A DNA stretch of 64,000 nucleotides from Macrostomum hystrix (taxonomy: Eukaryota; Animalia; Platyhelminthes), in the NCBI GenBank assembly GCA_950097015.1, contig CATNEN010000039.1:13206001-13270000 (forward strand), read 5' to 3'. Positions 37,007-48,566 of the stretch are shown piece by piece (position 1 is the stretch's first letter; each line of letters begins with the position of its first letter). The notes beneath the pieces are model-generated. The model ran no database searches and had not been told where the DNA came from. It worked only from the letters and a program-made list of their open reading frames with translations. Position numbers and translations under genes: made by a program.

Positions 37007-38172
37007 GGTCCAGCGGGAGTCTCCTTGAGCAGCTCGTCCTCCTCAGACGGGGTCGGGCTGCAGACCTCCATGAGTAGCGGCGCGCCCGCAACCGCTGTGG
37101 AGGGAACGGCGGGAATCGCTGCGGAGAGCTGCTGCTCTGACCGCTGCGTGTCCCGGCCGCTCCACCCAACAACGGTGCAGTCGCTGCCGTCACTCGACGC
37201 CTCGCCCTCGGGGGTCGGGTCCGTGTGGATGGCAGCCTCCTTCCGGTGAGGGGGATCCTCAGACCAGTCGGTGGCCACCGCTCCGTGGGTCCCGGCACTT
37301 TGCGGCTGGCTGGGAGGAAGGGAGGTTTGCGCTTTTGTAGCGCGGGAGCGCTCCAGGTGCTCTCTGAGCGCTCGGGCTTCGCTGAGCGCCCGCAAGACCA
37401 GGCCCGATTTGCGGTTGTTGCGGGCTGGTCTACGATCTCGGGGGCCGGATTCGGCGATGCGGATATTTTTGCCCGGGCGGGGGTCCGCGGACGTTGCATG
37501 CCGCTTAGCTGGCGGAGCTTTCGCCCCAGAGCCAGGAGCGGCCCGCTTATTTTCCGATCCCTCCCCGGCCTTCCTCTCCTGACAATCCAGGATGGTCAGC
37601 GGGTAGAGTCCCGGTTTGATTACGCTCTTGTGAGGGATCCTTTTGGACCAGGCTTCGGAGAAGCCGTAGATCGCCGTGAAACCCTCCGCTTCTTTGCGGA
37701 CGGTTTCGTGGCAGATCAGCCCGGAGGCTGGGAGGTCCGGGTTCATCTTCAGCAGCAGCTGCCGAAGTTGGTCCCCGGACCGGATTGAGCAGGCGTCGGG
37801 AACCCAGACACGATGACGTCGGGTCCGTGGACGCTCGGACTCGGTGGTGCACCTCAGTCTTCCGACATCGGTGCCCCACTTGAAGTCTTTGATCCGATCG
37901 CGCAGTAGGCGGCTATCCCCCGCCGATTTGCACCAGAGGAGGACAGCCCCCTCCTGCGCTTCGGACCTGACAACGCTGACTGGTGTCCCTGCCAGTGCCA
38001 GGTCCGTGAGGCCCTCGTCGATGGTCCTGAGCATGCTTTTGAGCTGCTCGTTTGAGAGGTCCTGTTCCTCGCCGACCACAATGATCGCCGGCTGGACAGG
38101 CTCCCGCTTGGCTTTGGAGGCATAGGTCTCCTTGGCCTTGCTGGCGTTGGACGTGCCGGCCTTGTGGGTGGT
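37003..38172 (-). CDS. LINE ORF1 (gag-like), 5'-truncated; its stop overlaps the ORF2 start (ATGA)
   Basis: Open frame from the TSD to a TGA overlapping the ORF2 ATG; the native start is lost and the ORF-track N-terminus is host flank. Confidence 0.8.
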   Translation of the reverse strand, partial: TTHKAGTSNASKAKETYASKAKREPVQPAIIVVGEEQDLSNEQLKSMLRTIDEGLTDLALAGTPVSVVRSEAQEGAVLLWCKSAGDSRLLRDRIKDFKWGTDVGRLRCTTESERPRTRRHRVWVPDACSIRSGDQLRQLLLKMNPDLPASGLICHETVRKEAEGFTAIYGFSEAWSKRIPHKSVIKPGLYPLTILDCQERKAGEGSENKRAAPGSGAKAPPAKRHATSADPRPGKNIRIAESGPRDRRPARNNRKSGLVLRALSEARALREHLERSRATKAQTSLPPSQPQSAGTHGAVATDWSEDPPHRKEAAIHTDPTPEGEASSDGSDCTVVGWSGRDTQRSEQQLSAAIPAVPSTAVAGAPLLMEVCSPTPSEEDELLKETPAGP

Positions 38173-38309
38173 GCTTACATCGTTTTCATTGTTTCTTTTC
38201 TTGGTTTGTGCTCTCTGATAGATAAAAAAACAAAAAAACAAGAAATGCTTTTTAATGTTACTTCATTGAGTATGACTAAATGGTCTATAATTGAGCAAAA
38301 CTAATCTAA

Positions 38310-39307
38310 ACCTAACACTGACCCCTAATGCTTCAGGGTATCTAACACTGACCCCTAATACTTCAGGGTATCTTACACTGACCCCTAATACTTCAGGGTA
38401 TCTTACACTGACCCCTAATGCTTCAGGGTATCTAACACGGACCCTTAATGCTTCAGGGTATCTTACACTGACCCCTAATGCTTCAGGGTATCTAGCACTG
38501 ACCCCTAATGCTTCAGGGTATCTAGCGCTGACCCCTAATGCTTCAGGGTATCTAGCACTGACCCCTAATGCTTCAGGGTATCTTACACTGACCCCTAATA
38601 CTTCAGGGTATCTTACACTGACCCCTAATACTTCAGGGTATCTAACACTGACCCCTAAATGCTTCAGGGTATCTAGCACTGACCCCTAATGCTTCAGGGT
38701 ATCTAGCACTGACCCCTAATGCTTCAGGGTATCTTACACTGACCCCTAATACTTCAGGGTATCTTACACTGACCCCTAATACTTCAGGGTATCTTACACT
38801 GACCCCTAATACTTCAGGGTATCTAGCACTGACCCCTAATGCTTCAGGGTATCTAACACTGACCCCTAATACTTCAGGGTATCTTACACTGACCCCTAAT
38901 ACTTCAGGGTATCTTACACTGACCCCTAATGCTTCAGGGTATCTAACACGGACCCTTAATGCTTCAGGGTATCTTACACTGACCCCTAATGCTTCAGGGT
39001 ATCTAGCACTGACCCCAAATGCTTCAGGGTATCTAGCGCTGACCCCTAATGCTTCAGGGTATCTAGCGCTGACCCCTAATGCTTCAGGGTATCTAGCACT
39101 GACCCCTAATACTTCAGGGTATCTTACACTGACCCCTAATACTTCAGGGTATCTTACACTGACCCCTAAATGCTTCAGGGTATCTAGCACTGACCCCTAA
39201 TGCTTCAGGGTATCTAACACTGACCCCTAATACTTCAGGGTATCTTACACTGACCCCTAATACTTCAGGGTATCTTACACTGACCCCTAATGCTTCAGGG
39301 TATCTAA
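38310..39307. repeat. 30-bp satellite (CTTCAGGGTATCTAACACTGACCCCTAATG)n, left part
   Basis: Directly visible; continues at 43833-44202. Confidence 0.96.
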
Positions 39308-39555
39308 TGTAGCAGCAAATTCACTTCTTTCTTTTAACTCTTAAAATTTAAAGATTCAAATGGTACTTTTATTTCCCCCCTTACCGCTAATTTGTCTATG
39401 ACCCTTGTTATCGATAGGTACAGTTGCCCGGTTAAGACTTAAATGTAACCCCACGACAAAACTAAATAAACAAGCTCAAGCTTTTGCCGACTCTTAAATT
39501 TAACAGCAACATTTGTAGCAAGTCAGCTACAAAATTGGTAGCAGAGCGTTTCATC

Positions 39556-40410
39556 ATGCCAAAAACCAGGAGACACGAACCAGGCACAGCAGAAGCCCAG
39601 TGTCAACAGCGGCAACCCGATGAAACGCCTCAAATGCCCGAGCGACAAATCACACAGCACGCAGTCAAACCGCCCGCGTTCTATCGCAAGTCCCCAGAAA
39701 TATGGTTCCGTCAGTTAGAATCCCAGTTCACGTTAGCCGGCATCGTCAATCCGACAACCAAGTTCCACCACACACTGGCCGCTCTACCCGAAGACGTGGC
39801 TTGCTCAATCGATCTGGATACGGGAGACTATGCCTCACTTAAGTCGTCGGTGCTCGAATCATTACGCGTAAACCGGCACCAGCGCATCGAAGAGGCACTG
39901 GCTGCAGTTGAACTCGGCGACCGCCGTCCATCGCAACTGGTTAACGACATCAAGCGCAAGTTCGGCGAAGTCGGTCTGCAAGTCGATGATAGCATCGTCA
40001 AGTCTCGGCTCCTGTCGGCACTCCCGACCCACATCCGTTCCGCATTAGTCGGACACGAAGACGCGCCGCTGGATGCTTTCTCTAAAATCGCCGACAGCAT
40101 GCTGGCCCTGTCAGCCAGCACAACGCCGTTCGCCCCAATCAACCGGGCCATCGCACCCGGCCAGTTGTCCGCAGGAAACAAGAAAAGTCCGTTTCGAGGA
40201 GCTAGACGCGATGATTTTCAAGCCAACCGAAATACTCTCCGCCGCCCTAAAATCTGCAACGGTCACCTGTACTACGCCGCGGAAGCTCGCACCTGCCGAC
40301 CGTGGTGTCAGTGGCCTGGACCGAAGCCGACGATAACACTCGCCAGCCGCCAACCTACTCCGACTCAATCCCGCTCAAGCAGCCCAACGCCGACAGCGGC
40401 GTCAAACTAG
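39556..40410 (+). CDS. gag: Gag, 284 aa
   Basis: [23 protein letters not shown]-terminal motif; C-x2-H..C-x3-C (CHCC) knuckle typical of the CsRn1 lineage. Confidence 0.9.
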   Translation: MPKTRRHEPGTAEAQCQQRQPDETPQMPERQITQHAVKPPAFYRKSPEIWFRQLESQFTLAGIVNPTTKFHHTLAALPEDVACSIDLDTGDYASLKSSVLESLRVNRHQRIEEALAAVELGDRRPSQLVNDIKRKFGEVGLQVDDSIVKSRLLSALPTHIRSALVGHEDAPLDAFSKIADSMLALSASTTPFAPINRAIAPGQLSAGNKKSPFRGARRDDFQANRNTLRRPKICNGHLYYAAEARTCRPWCQWPGPKPTITLASRQPTPTQSRSSSPTPTAASN

Positions 40411-43400
40411 TGGGTCACGTGCCTCGGCCGAGCCGCGACCCCTCCCAGGCCAACACGTTATTACTGTTGTGTCAAATTCTCCGTTCACCCGTTTCCTTTA
40501 TAGTTGACACCGGTGCTGAGCGATCGCTGCTCCCACTAAAATTCGCTCCTCAAAATCTGTTGACAACCACACATGTGAAACTCTGTAGCATCGATGGTCG
40601 AGAAATCCCAACTTTCGGCCAATGCTGCGTCACTCTTACAATTCCTGGTCTCCGTAGACCCTACCCTGCATCATTTATCGTTACCGACACTGCGCCAATT
40701 CTCGGAGCCGACTTCTTCCTCAAGTTTGGGTTCCTCATCGATCTGAACACACGACGCATACAAGACCCAGCGACATCTCTTTACGCCAACCTCAGTCCAT
40801 CGAGTGTGCAACTTCCCAAAATCAACGCCACAACTCAACTGGAACCGACCACACCACTCAAAAATTTCCCGCGATTACTGGAGGCGCCGGACTACACCGC
40901 GCCACCCGCCACATCTGTGCGACACCGCATCGAGACGACAGGTGAACCTGTATTCTGTCGACCTCGCCCATTATCCCCAGCGAAGTACGAAATCGCAAAG
41001 TTGGAATTCGACAAGCTCCTCCGCTTCGGTATCGTTCGCCCCTCGGCCAGTCCCTGGGCCTCCCCACTTCACATGGTGAAGAAGAGGGACGGCTCCTGGC
41101 GACCATGTGGCGATTATCGAGCACTGAACGCGGCAACCAAACCAGACCGTTACCCTATTCCGAACATCAATCATTTTCACCATCGTCTACATGGAGCGAA
41201 AGTGTTCAGCACCCTTGACCTGGTTAAGGCCTACCACTTCATCCCGATTGCAGACGAAGATGTTGAGAAAACAGCGATTTGCACGCCATTCGGTTCTTTC
41301 GAATACATTCGCATGCCATTCGGCCTGAGAAACGCCGCCAGCACATTCCAGCGATACGTAGATTCCGTCTTTAGCGACCTCCCGTTCGTAACATCTTACA
41401 TCGACGACATCTTGGTACACAGCCAGTCACGCGAAGAACATCGGGCGCACATCGAAGAGGTGCTGCGACGTCTAAGCGACAAAGGCTTGGGCGTCAACTC
41501 TGAAAAGTGCCATTTCTTTCGCGATTCAGTGGAGTTTCTTGGGTACTTCGTCACTGCTGACGGCATCCGACCGCTTCCGAACCGAGTCGAAGCACTGCGG
41601 AAACTCGAGGCTCCCACTGACATGCAATCACTACGGCGCTACCTTGGCATGTTCGGTTTTTATCAGCGGTGCATTCCTAATTATGCTGAGATCGCCACCC
41701 CGCTACGACAACTCGTCACGGCGCCATTCAATTGGACGAAGCGACACGACGATGCTTGGAAAGAACTCCAGGACAGTCTGGCGAACGCAGTCACCCTGAC
41801 TTTTCCTCAAGCCAATGCCACATTCACAATCACAACCGACGCCAGCGCCACTGCCATCGGCGCAGCATTGCATCAGGTGGTAGCCGAGCAATCTTCCCCA
41901 TTGGCATTCTACTCTCGCAAGCTCTCTGACACGGAAGCAGCTTACAGCACTTTTGATCGGGAACTGCTGGCTATTTTTGCTGCGGTCAAGACATGGAAAT
42001 ACATGATCCAAGGCCAACAAACCACCGTGTTCTGCGACCACAAGCCCATCAGCGGAGCGTTTAGAAATAAGAAAGAACGGTTTTCCGATCGACAACAACG
42101 CCAGCTATCCGTCATCACGGAGTTTGTGAGCGACATCATCCACATTTCCGGCAAGGACAACATCGTAGCCGACACGCTATCACGACCGGTTTACCCATCC
42201 CAGAACCCGCCACCAACCACAATTCGACTGCTGTCTGACCTTCCTCAATGTGTGGACCTGCCAGCCGTTGCACGAGCACAGAAGGAAAACCCGGAGGATG
42301 AACCCCAGACAGGCCGTTTCAGCAACTTCGACATTGGAATCAAGGACTGCCCACTGCGATGCGAAATCTCGCAGACAAACCCACGTCCCGTCATCCCTAG
42401 GACTCTCCGACGCGCTGTTTTTGACTCACTGCATGCATTCGCACATCCTGGCCGCAAAGCCACGCAACGACTCATCGTCTATCGTTTTTTCTGGCTAGGT
42501 ATGGCTAACGACATCCAAAGGTGGGTAGCCGAATGTCAACAGTGTCAACAGTGCAAGACAGGTCGTCACGTCCAACGCCCGTTGCAACAGCTTCCAGCAC
42601 CCTCTCAACGCTTCACGACGGTCCATATCGATTTAGTCGGACCACTGCCACCCCCAGAGTCGACCGACGTTAGTGCCAGACCTCGCTACTTGCTCACAAT
42701 GGTCGATGCATATTCACGTTGGATTGAAGCTGCCCCTCTCTTTGACATCACCGCCACTTCAGTCGCGTGCGCCTTCCTAGAATCCTGGATTTCTCGGTTT
42801 GGCCCACCATTGACGCTGGTGACCGATCAAGGCGCGCAGTTCCGCGCGGAGCTCATGCAAAACCTGGCTACACTGCTCGGAATCCATCACATCCGCACTT
42901 CAGCCTACAATCCGAGGGCAAATGGCATCGTCGAGCGAACCCACCGAACATTAAAGTCCGGGCTGAAAGCACGTGGCAAGAACTGGCTGCAGCAGCTACC
43001 CATCGTGCTTCTCGGAATGCGCATTTTTGCAGACGAGACAGGTGCATCGCCATTCTCCATCGTTACCGGTGAACAACCATTAGTCCCACCTGTAGTTGCC
43101 GACACCTCCTCTGTCAAGGAACTTTCCACAAGACTGCACCAACTTTTTTTTCCGTATCGCCAACCACGAACGCGCGAGGTAAGAATTCATCTGCCAGCAG
43201 ACTTGGCTGCATGCACCCACGTCTGGTTGCGACTAGATCGAGTTCGACGTCCCCTAGAAGCACCCTACCAGGGACCCTATGCAGTGTTGGAGAGACACGA
43301 AACGACATTTACATTGGAAATCAACGGCAAGCCTTCTGTAGTGTCTATCGATCGAATGAAACCAGCTACACTCCCAGCACCGGTACCAATTAGCAAAGCA

Positions 43401-43529
43401 CCAGCAACTACTGTAACACCGGAAAACCCACCGGCAGCAAACATACGTGCTAAAACCGCTTCCCACGTTCGTTTTTCTACAGAACCATCTGTTAAACTGT
43501 TTTACGCAACTGAGCCATTATTAACCTAA
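40405..43529 (+). CDS. pol: Pol (protease-RT-RNase H-integrase), -1 frame relative to gag
   Basis: VDTGA protease; [21 protein letters not shown]; TTDAS, RELLA RNase H; H..HPG..C..C and HIDLVG/TDQG/NGIVER integrase; GPY motif. Confidence 0.95.
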
Positions 43530-43832
43530 CTGAAAATCGTTTTCTAACTGTTTCATAACAACAATCAAAACCTTTGCATAAACTCCGTTTTGGGTGGGGG
43601 GAGTATCTTGTAGCAGCAAATTCACTTCTTTCTTTTAACTCTTAATATTTAAAGATTCAAATGGTACTTTTATTTCCCCCCTTACCGCTAATTTGTCTAT
43701 GACCCTTGTTATCGATAGGTACAGTTGCCCGGTTAAGACTTAAATGTAACCCCACGACAAAACTAAATAAACAAGCTCAAGCTTTTGCCGACTCTTAAAT
43801 TTAACAGCAACATTTGTAGCAAGTCAGCTACA

Positions 43833-44202
43833 CTAACACGGACCCTTAATGCTTCAGGGTATCTTACACTGACCCCTAATACTTCAGGGTATCTAACACT
43901 GACCCCTAAATGCTTCAGGGTATCTAGCACTGACCCCTAATGCTTCAGGGTATCTAGCACTGACCCCTAATGCTTCAGGGTATCTTACACTGACCCCTAA
44001 TACTTCAGGGTATCTTACACTGACCCCTAATACTTCAGGGTATCTTACACTGACCCCTAATACTTCAGGGTATCTTACACTGACCCCTAATACTTCAGGG
44101 TATCTAACACTGACCCCTAAATGCTTCAGGGTATCTAGCACTGACCCCTAATGCTTCAGGGTATCTAACACTGACCCCTAATACTTCAGGGTATCTAGCA
44201 CT
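43833..44202. repeat. 30-bp satellite, right part
   Basis: Resumes in register after the 3' LTR. Confidence 0.95.
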
Positions 44203-44506
44203 GCTTGCTTTTATTTTTACGATGAGAAAGTAAAGTTTTCCTAAAAACATGTCGTTGTGAAAAATATTTAATCCGGAAATTAAAAAACTGTCAGAGAGGG
44301 TTACCCGGCCTGAATCGGTCGATACAAAAAACTACTAATTATATTATTGACAATGATTACCCTGAAGTAAATCATTACTAACTTTGAATTTAAAATAGAT
44401 AAAAAACTCAGTCGAGATTTTCTTTCATTTCTACTTCAAGTAGCTGAATGGTTCATGAAAAAATTAAAAAATCGAGTTCTGGCCCCGAAACCCAAACGAA
44501 GCAATA

Positions 44507-46600
44507 TCACCAGAAGCAGTCGGAGTCAGCAGTCAGCCTGATGGTCACAAATCCCCGGTCATTGTCGCTGTTAGCTCCAGTGACGCTTTCGCAGCCGAAG
44601 GCTGTGGTGTCGCAGTAGGAGCCGCCACCGCCGCCCGGGTGCTTGAACCCTTTCCCAGCTCCGCCGCCGCTGAAGCCGCCGCCTGCGCCGCTTGCTCCAG
44701 AGCCTTCGCCGCCTCCGCCGCCTCCGCCGAAGCCCCCGTAGGCGTCCAGATTGTCAGTTGCGCCGCCACGGCCGCCGATCCAGCCGTCCTGACGGCCGCT
44801 GCCGCCTTCGCCGGCGTTAGAGACCTCCCGGAGCTGGGAGCTGCTTGTCAGGGCGCTGCCAAGCCAACCTGCGCCAGAGCCGCCGATCTTGCTGCCCGTG
44901 AACACGACGCCTGGCGACCCGTCGGTGCCGCCGATGCCCTGGTTGTCAAGCCAGCAGGTTCCGCATGGTGCGCTGCCAGTGCCGTCTCTCCCGGCCTGTC
45001 CTGGCTGGCCTGGACAACAGAGGCACAAACGGCTTAGTGAGGCATGACTAAAACGCGTCGAAAAGCATGTATTCCTGGGTTGACTCAGAACAATTGCCAG
45101 TGAGTCAGCCTTGACCTAAGAGAGAGTCAATGACTCTCAAAAACTTGTCAGCCAGACGGACAACCCCCGCATGCTTCGTCACCTCGACTTTCGTCACTGC
45201 CTCCGCCGCCGCCGCCAGCAACCAGCAGAGGCCAACAGGCAGCACTGCCGTTGTCGAAGACCCGGTAGATAAAACTGCCTCCGCCGCCGCCTGAACCGGG
45301 TTGCTTGTTCATCGTCTGGCCGATGTTGCCTCCGCGTTGGCCAACCACAATGGCCAGCTGAGCTCCAACAGGCAGTTGAAATTTGCCGGAGGCAACGGCG
45401 CCCCGACCTCCGCTGTATCGTCCACTGCCACCGCTGGCTCCGCCGGCTTTGATTGCATAGCAACCGGTCAGGGGGGTCGTCAGGTTCTGCACCGAACCAG
45501 TTCGACCTGTGTCGGTGTCTAAAATGCGATGGTTAAAAATGAATGCTTGAGTTGATACGTTCATAAGTGCACTCTGCAATGAGTGTACAACGGCAGGCCT
45601 ATAGCGCTGAGTTCAAATGGAAGACTAAATCCATTACACTGCATGTGCTCAAAAGCGACTCACTGTTTATTAGCACTGTAGCATTCATCAGCTTCAACCC
45701 GATCATATTATCGAAATCGGCAGCCTTCCAAACTAGATCGCCAGGCGAACCGCCTAGTAGTTTTAAAGTTCGGCTGCCGTAGCTCATTGTGGAATTCCAG
45801 TCGGTGAGCACAGCCAGTTGACAGACTTCGGTGGCCTGGTTCGCCACCGCCGCAATACATCGCTTCAGTCGGCACACGAGACCGCAGCCAGCCACAGATC
45901 CCAGGCCGGTCACGTTGATAAGCTGGCTGGGGATGAACTGGCTGAGCTGTACTGGCCCGCTTGGCTGCAGCTTGAAGGACTCAGCGATGCAGCTGGCATC
46001 GGCAACTGCGACTTGGTTCAACAGTAGAGCTGCAATTCAATCATGGACTGTGGATGCTATTCGTGACGTTACACAGCATGTACGTACATCATTAGAGTGT
46101 AAAATGCACTGAAAATACTTAGTCAGCTTAATATTACTGTATGTACATCATTAAGTGCACAATATAGAATGTACACCCATTAAATGTACACCCATTAAAT
46201 GTACATTTCATAATGTACATTATCACAGTGTAGATTACATATCATACCATCAAAGTGCGAATTGCATAATATATTATCGAGTGCACATTTACAGAATGTA
46301 CATCATCAAATAGAGCCCTTCACAAAGTGTACATTACAGAATGTACATCATCAAATAGAGCCCTTCACAAAGTGTACATTACAGAATGTACATCATCAAA
46401 TAGAGCCCTTCACTAAGTGTACATTACAGAATGTACATCATCAAATAGAGCCCTTCACTAAGTGTACATTACAGAATGTACATCATCAAATAGAGCTTGT
46501 CACAAAGTGTACATTACGGAATGTACATCATCAACTTTTATTTTCGAGCGAACTCACCAAACGAAATAACTGCGGCTGGGAAGAACTGAGAAGTTTTCAT
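44507..46600 (-). CDS. Secreted protein, 415 aa: signal peptide + PAN/Apple-like Cys domain + ALK/LTK-like glycine-rich domain; exons 46600-46558, 46029-45664, 45518-45183, 45009-44507
   Basis: Three phase-1 GT-AG introns join in frame; MKTSQFFPAAVISFALLLN signal; C..C...C......C PAN-like spacing; GCYAIKAGGASGG, IVVGQRG, GGGGGSF, LLVAGGGGG, GGFGGGG, GAGGGFSGG, GGGGGSY, GFVTI motifs. Confidence 0.85.
46288..46533. repeat. 45-bp tandem repeat (~5.5 copies) in intron 1
   Basis: ACAGAATGTACATCATCAAATAGAGCCCTTCACAAAGTGTACATT units. Confidence 0.9.
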
Positions 46601-47249
46601 TTTAATTTTAAGCTTGATTTTAAGAATTGAGTTTTAATGCAAAAATTATGAATAGAAAATTTATCTATAGTTTCTCTCAGAATAGCGTTTTTACCGGCTG
46701 TCTAAAATATAGTTGCGACAACCGGACGCCTACGTGTAAAATGATAAATTTTATTGTCTCTTTGATTAGTTAGTCAGTTATTTAGTTGATATGTGAGTCT
46801 TTAAGCGTAGGCGGTGACAAGTGGCTGCATAATTATTACTCCTAGCTACGTGTTGGACATATTAGACAGAACACTGTGTGCATAAATAAGTTAAAGTTCT
46901 CATTTTTTTCCAAACGCGAAAGACATGCCTGTATAGCAGCGTTGGTATGGGCGCGAAAGTGGATTATATTTAGCTTATTAATATTGCTTTATAATCAAGT
47001 AGTGAGTTCTCTGAACAGCTACATGAGGACACGTGAAATGCTGGTATTTCACGTGAAGCGCGCATTTGCCACCGGCTAAATCCGTTTGAATTACTTCCAA
47101 ATGGGTCCAACGCGGCCGGGATAATGCAAGACAAACACTTTTTTGCTACTTACATTGCCAAGCTTACATTGCTCTTTAGCTAAAAAATATTTTTGCGGCA
47201 ACGAAAGCAGTATAAGAAGATCGATTTTGAGCGACACATCCAACCTCAA

Positions 47250-47635
47250 TTACCCCCAAGCTAATGCTGGTACCCATTCAACAGCTGGGTGAACTGAAGC
47301 AATGCAGAGGTAAGTGTCTTGCTCAAAGGACACAAATTTTTCCACTGGAGTGAAATAAAATATAATAATAACTGCAAGGGCAGTAGGCAGTGGCACATCA
47401 TTTGGTGACACTAGACCCGCAGCCAGCGAGGAGGCAATTCTGCCCATTTCACTGACTCCTGAGCACACAAGCACACAGATACTGTACACAGGTGTGTACA
47501 TCTGCCCTGTGTACGAGAAGCCCTCAAGCCTTCTCTCCGCGGCTGCGCTCCAAATTAATGTGGCCTCGCCGCGGAATCGAACTCAGGGATCTTAGTGCGA
47601 GAGGCAAACGCGTTACACCTCTCTGCCACTCATCC
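47250..47635 (-). mobile_element. tRNA-derived CORE-type SINE
   Basis: Minus strand: A box TGGCAGAGAGG, B box GTTCGATTCC (47573-47582), then CORE-like TGTGTCCTTTGAGCAAGACACTTACCTC..CAGTTCACCCAGCTG..GGGTACC. Confidence 0.75.
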
Positions 47636-48063
47636 TCCCCCGCGTGATTGGCCAACAAAAATACAAAACAGCTCAACGCGGCGGGGGTGGGGTCTCTGGG
47701 GCGGGTGTTTACAGCCAATCAGCAATTTACAGCGAGTTCTACATAAAACAATGGAGCAGCATTATTGATTGCAGGATGCAGTACAATTGATTGTTAAACT
47801 TGTTTAAATATTTTTAATTGAAAGCCGTAGTTCATAAATTCATTGCATTTATAGGGTGTATGCCAACATATTTTTTCCGCCAGAAAATTAATTAAACTTG
47901 CAGTTTTCAAGTTTCCCGTTTCAGCTTGTAAAATTTGTTTCATTTAATCGGTCAGTTTGCTAATTATGAATTATGAATTATAAATTATGAATTATGAATT
48001 AGGGAATTATGAAAACTAAGACAGCACCTGTGGAAAATTTTGTCGAGGCGAAACACTCAGTAG

Positions 48064-48560
48064 AGGACATAACAGGACAGGACATAACAGGACAGGACAT
48101 AACAGGACAGGACATAACAGGACAGGACAGGACATAACAGGACAGGACATAACAGGACAGGACATAACAGGACAGGACATAACAGGACAGGACATAACAG
48201 GACAGGACATAACAGGACAGGACATAACAGGACAGGACATAACAGGACAGGACATAACAGGACAGGACATAACAGGACAGGACATTACAGGACAGGACAT
48301 AACAGGACAGGACATAACAGGACAGGACATTACAGGACAGGACAATACAGGATAGGATATGATAGGTAATGACATGACAGTGAATGACATGAAAGTAAAT
48401 GACAGAACATGACACGACATGTCATGACATGAAAGAACATGACATGACATGACATGAAAGAACATGACATGACATGACATGACAGGAAATTGCATGGCAG
48501 TAAATGAGATGACAGCAAATGACATGACAGGTAAGGACATGACAGCCAATGACATGACAG
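48064..48560. repeat. (ACAGG/ACATA/ACATG) 5-mer-based simple repeat
   Basis: Directly visible. Confidence 0.9.
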
Positions 48561-48566
48561 CTGGCA

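Larger units (their letters stand above)
33192..38172 (-). mobile_element. Non-LTR retrotransposon (LOA/R1-group LINE with RNase H), 5'-truncated
   Basis: 9-bp TSD GCTTACATC at 33183-33191 and 38173-38181; short TAAGTCAAG-repeat 3' tail; two ORFs. Confidence 0.92.
39308..43832 (+). mobile_element. Full-length Ty3/Gypsy LTR retrotransposon, CsRn1/Boudicca-like
   Basis: 224-bp TG..CA LTRs (39308-39531, 43609-43832), one mismatch seen; 4-bp TSD CTAA; PBS TGGTAGCAGAG (initiator tRNA-Met type); PPT TGGGTGGGGGGAG. Confidence 0.97.

Noticed and set aside
33379-38125. Many overlapping/antisense ORFs within the LINE (likewise within the Gypsy element)
   Set aside because: Shadow ORFs of GC-rich coding sequence.
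38173-38241. ORF-track N-terminus MFFCFFIYQRAQ.. as the true ORF1 start
   Set aside because: Lies outside the TSD; it is host polypyrimidine flank with a TTG start.
47560-47635. Functional tRNA gene
   Set aside because: A/B boxes are present but I could not build a full cloverleaf, and it is linked to a CORE-like body, so it is a SINE head.
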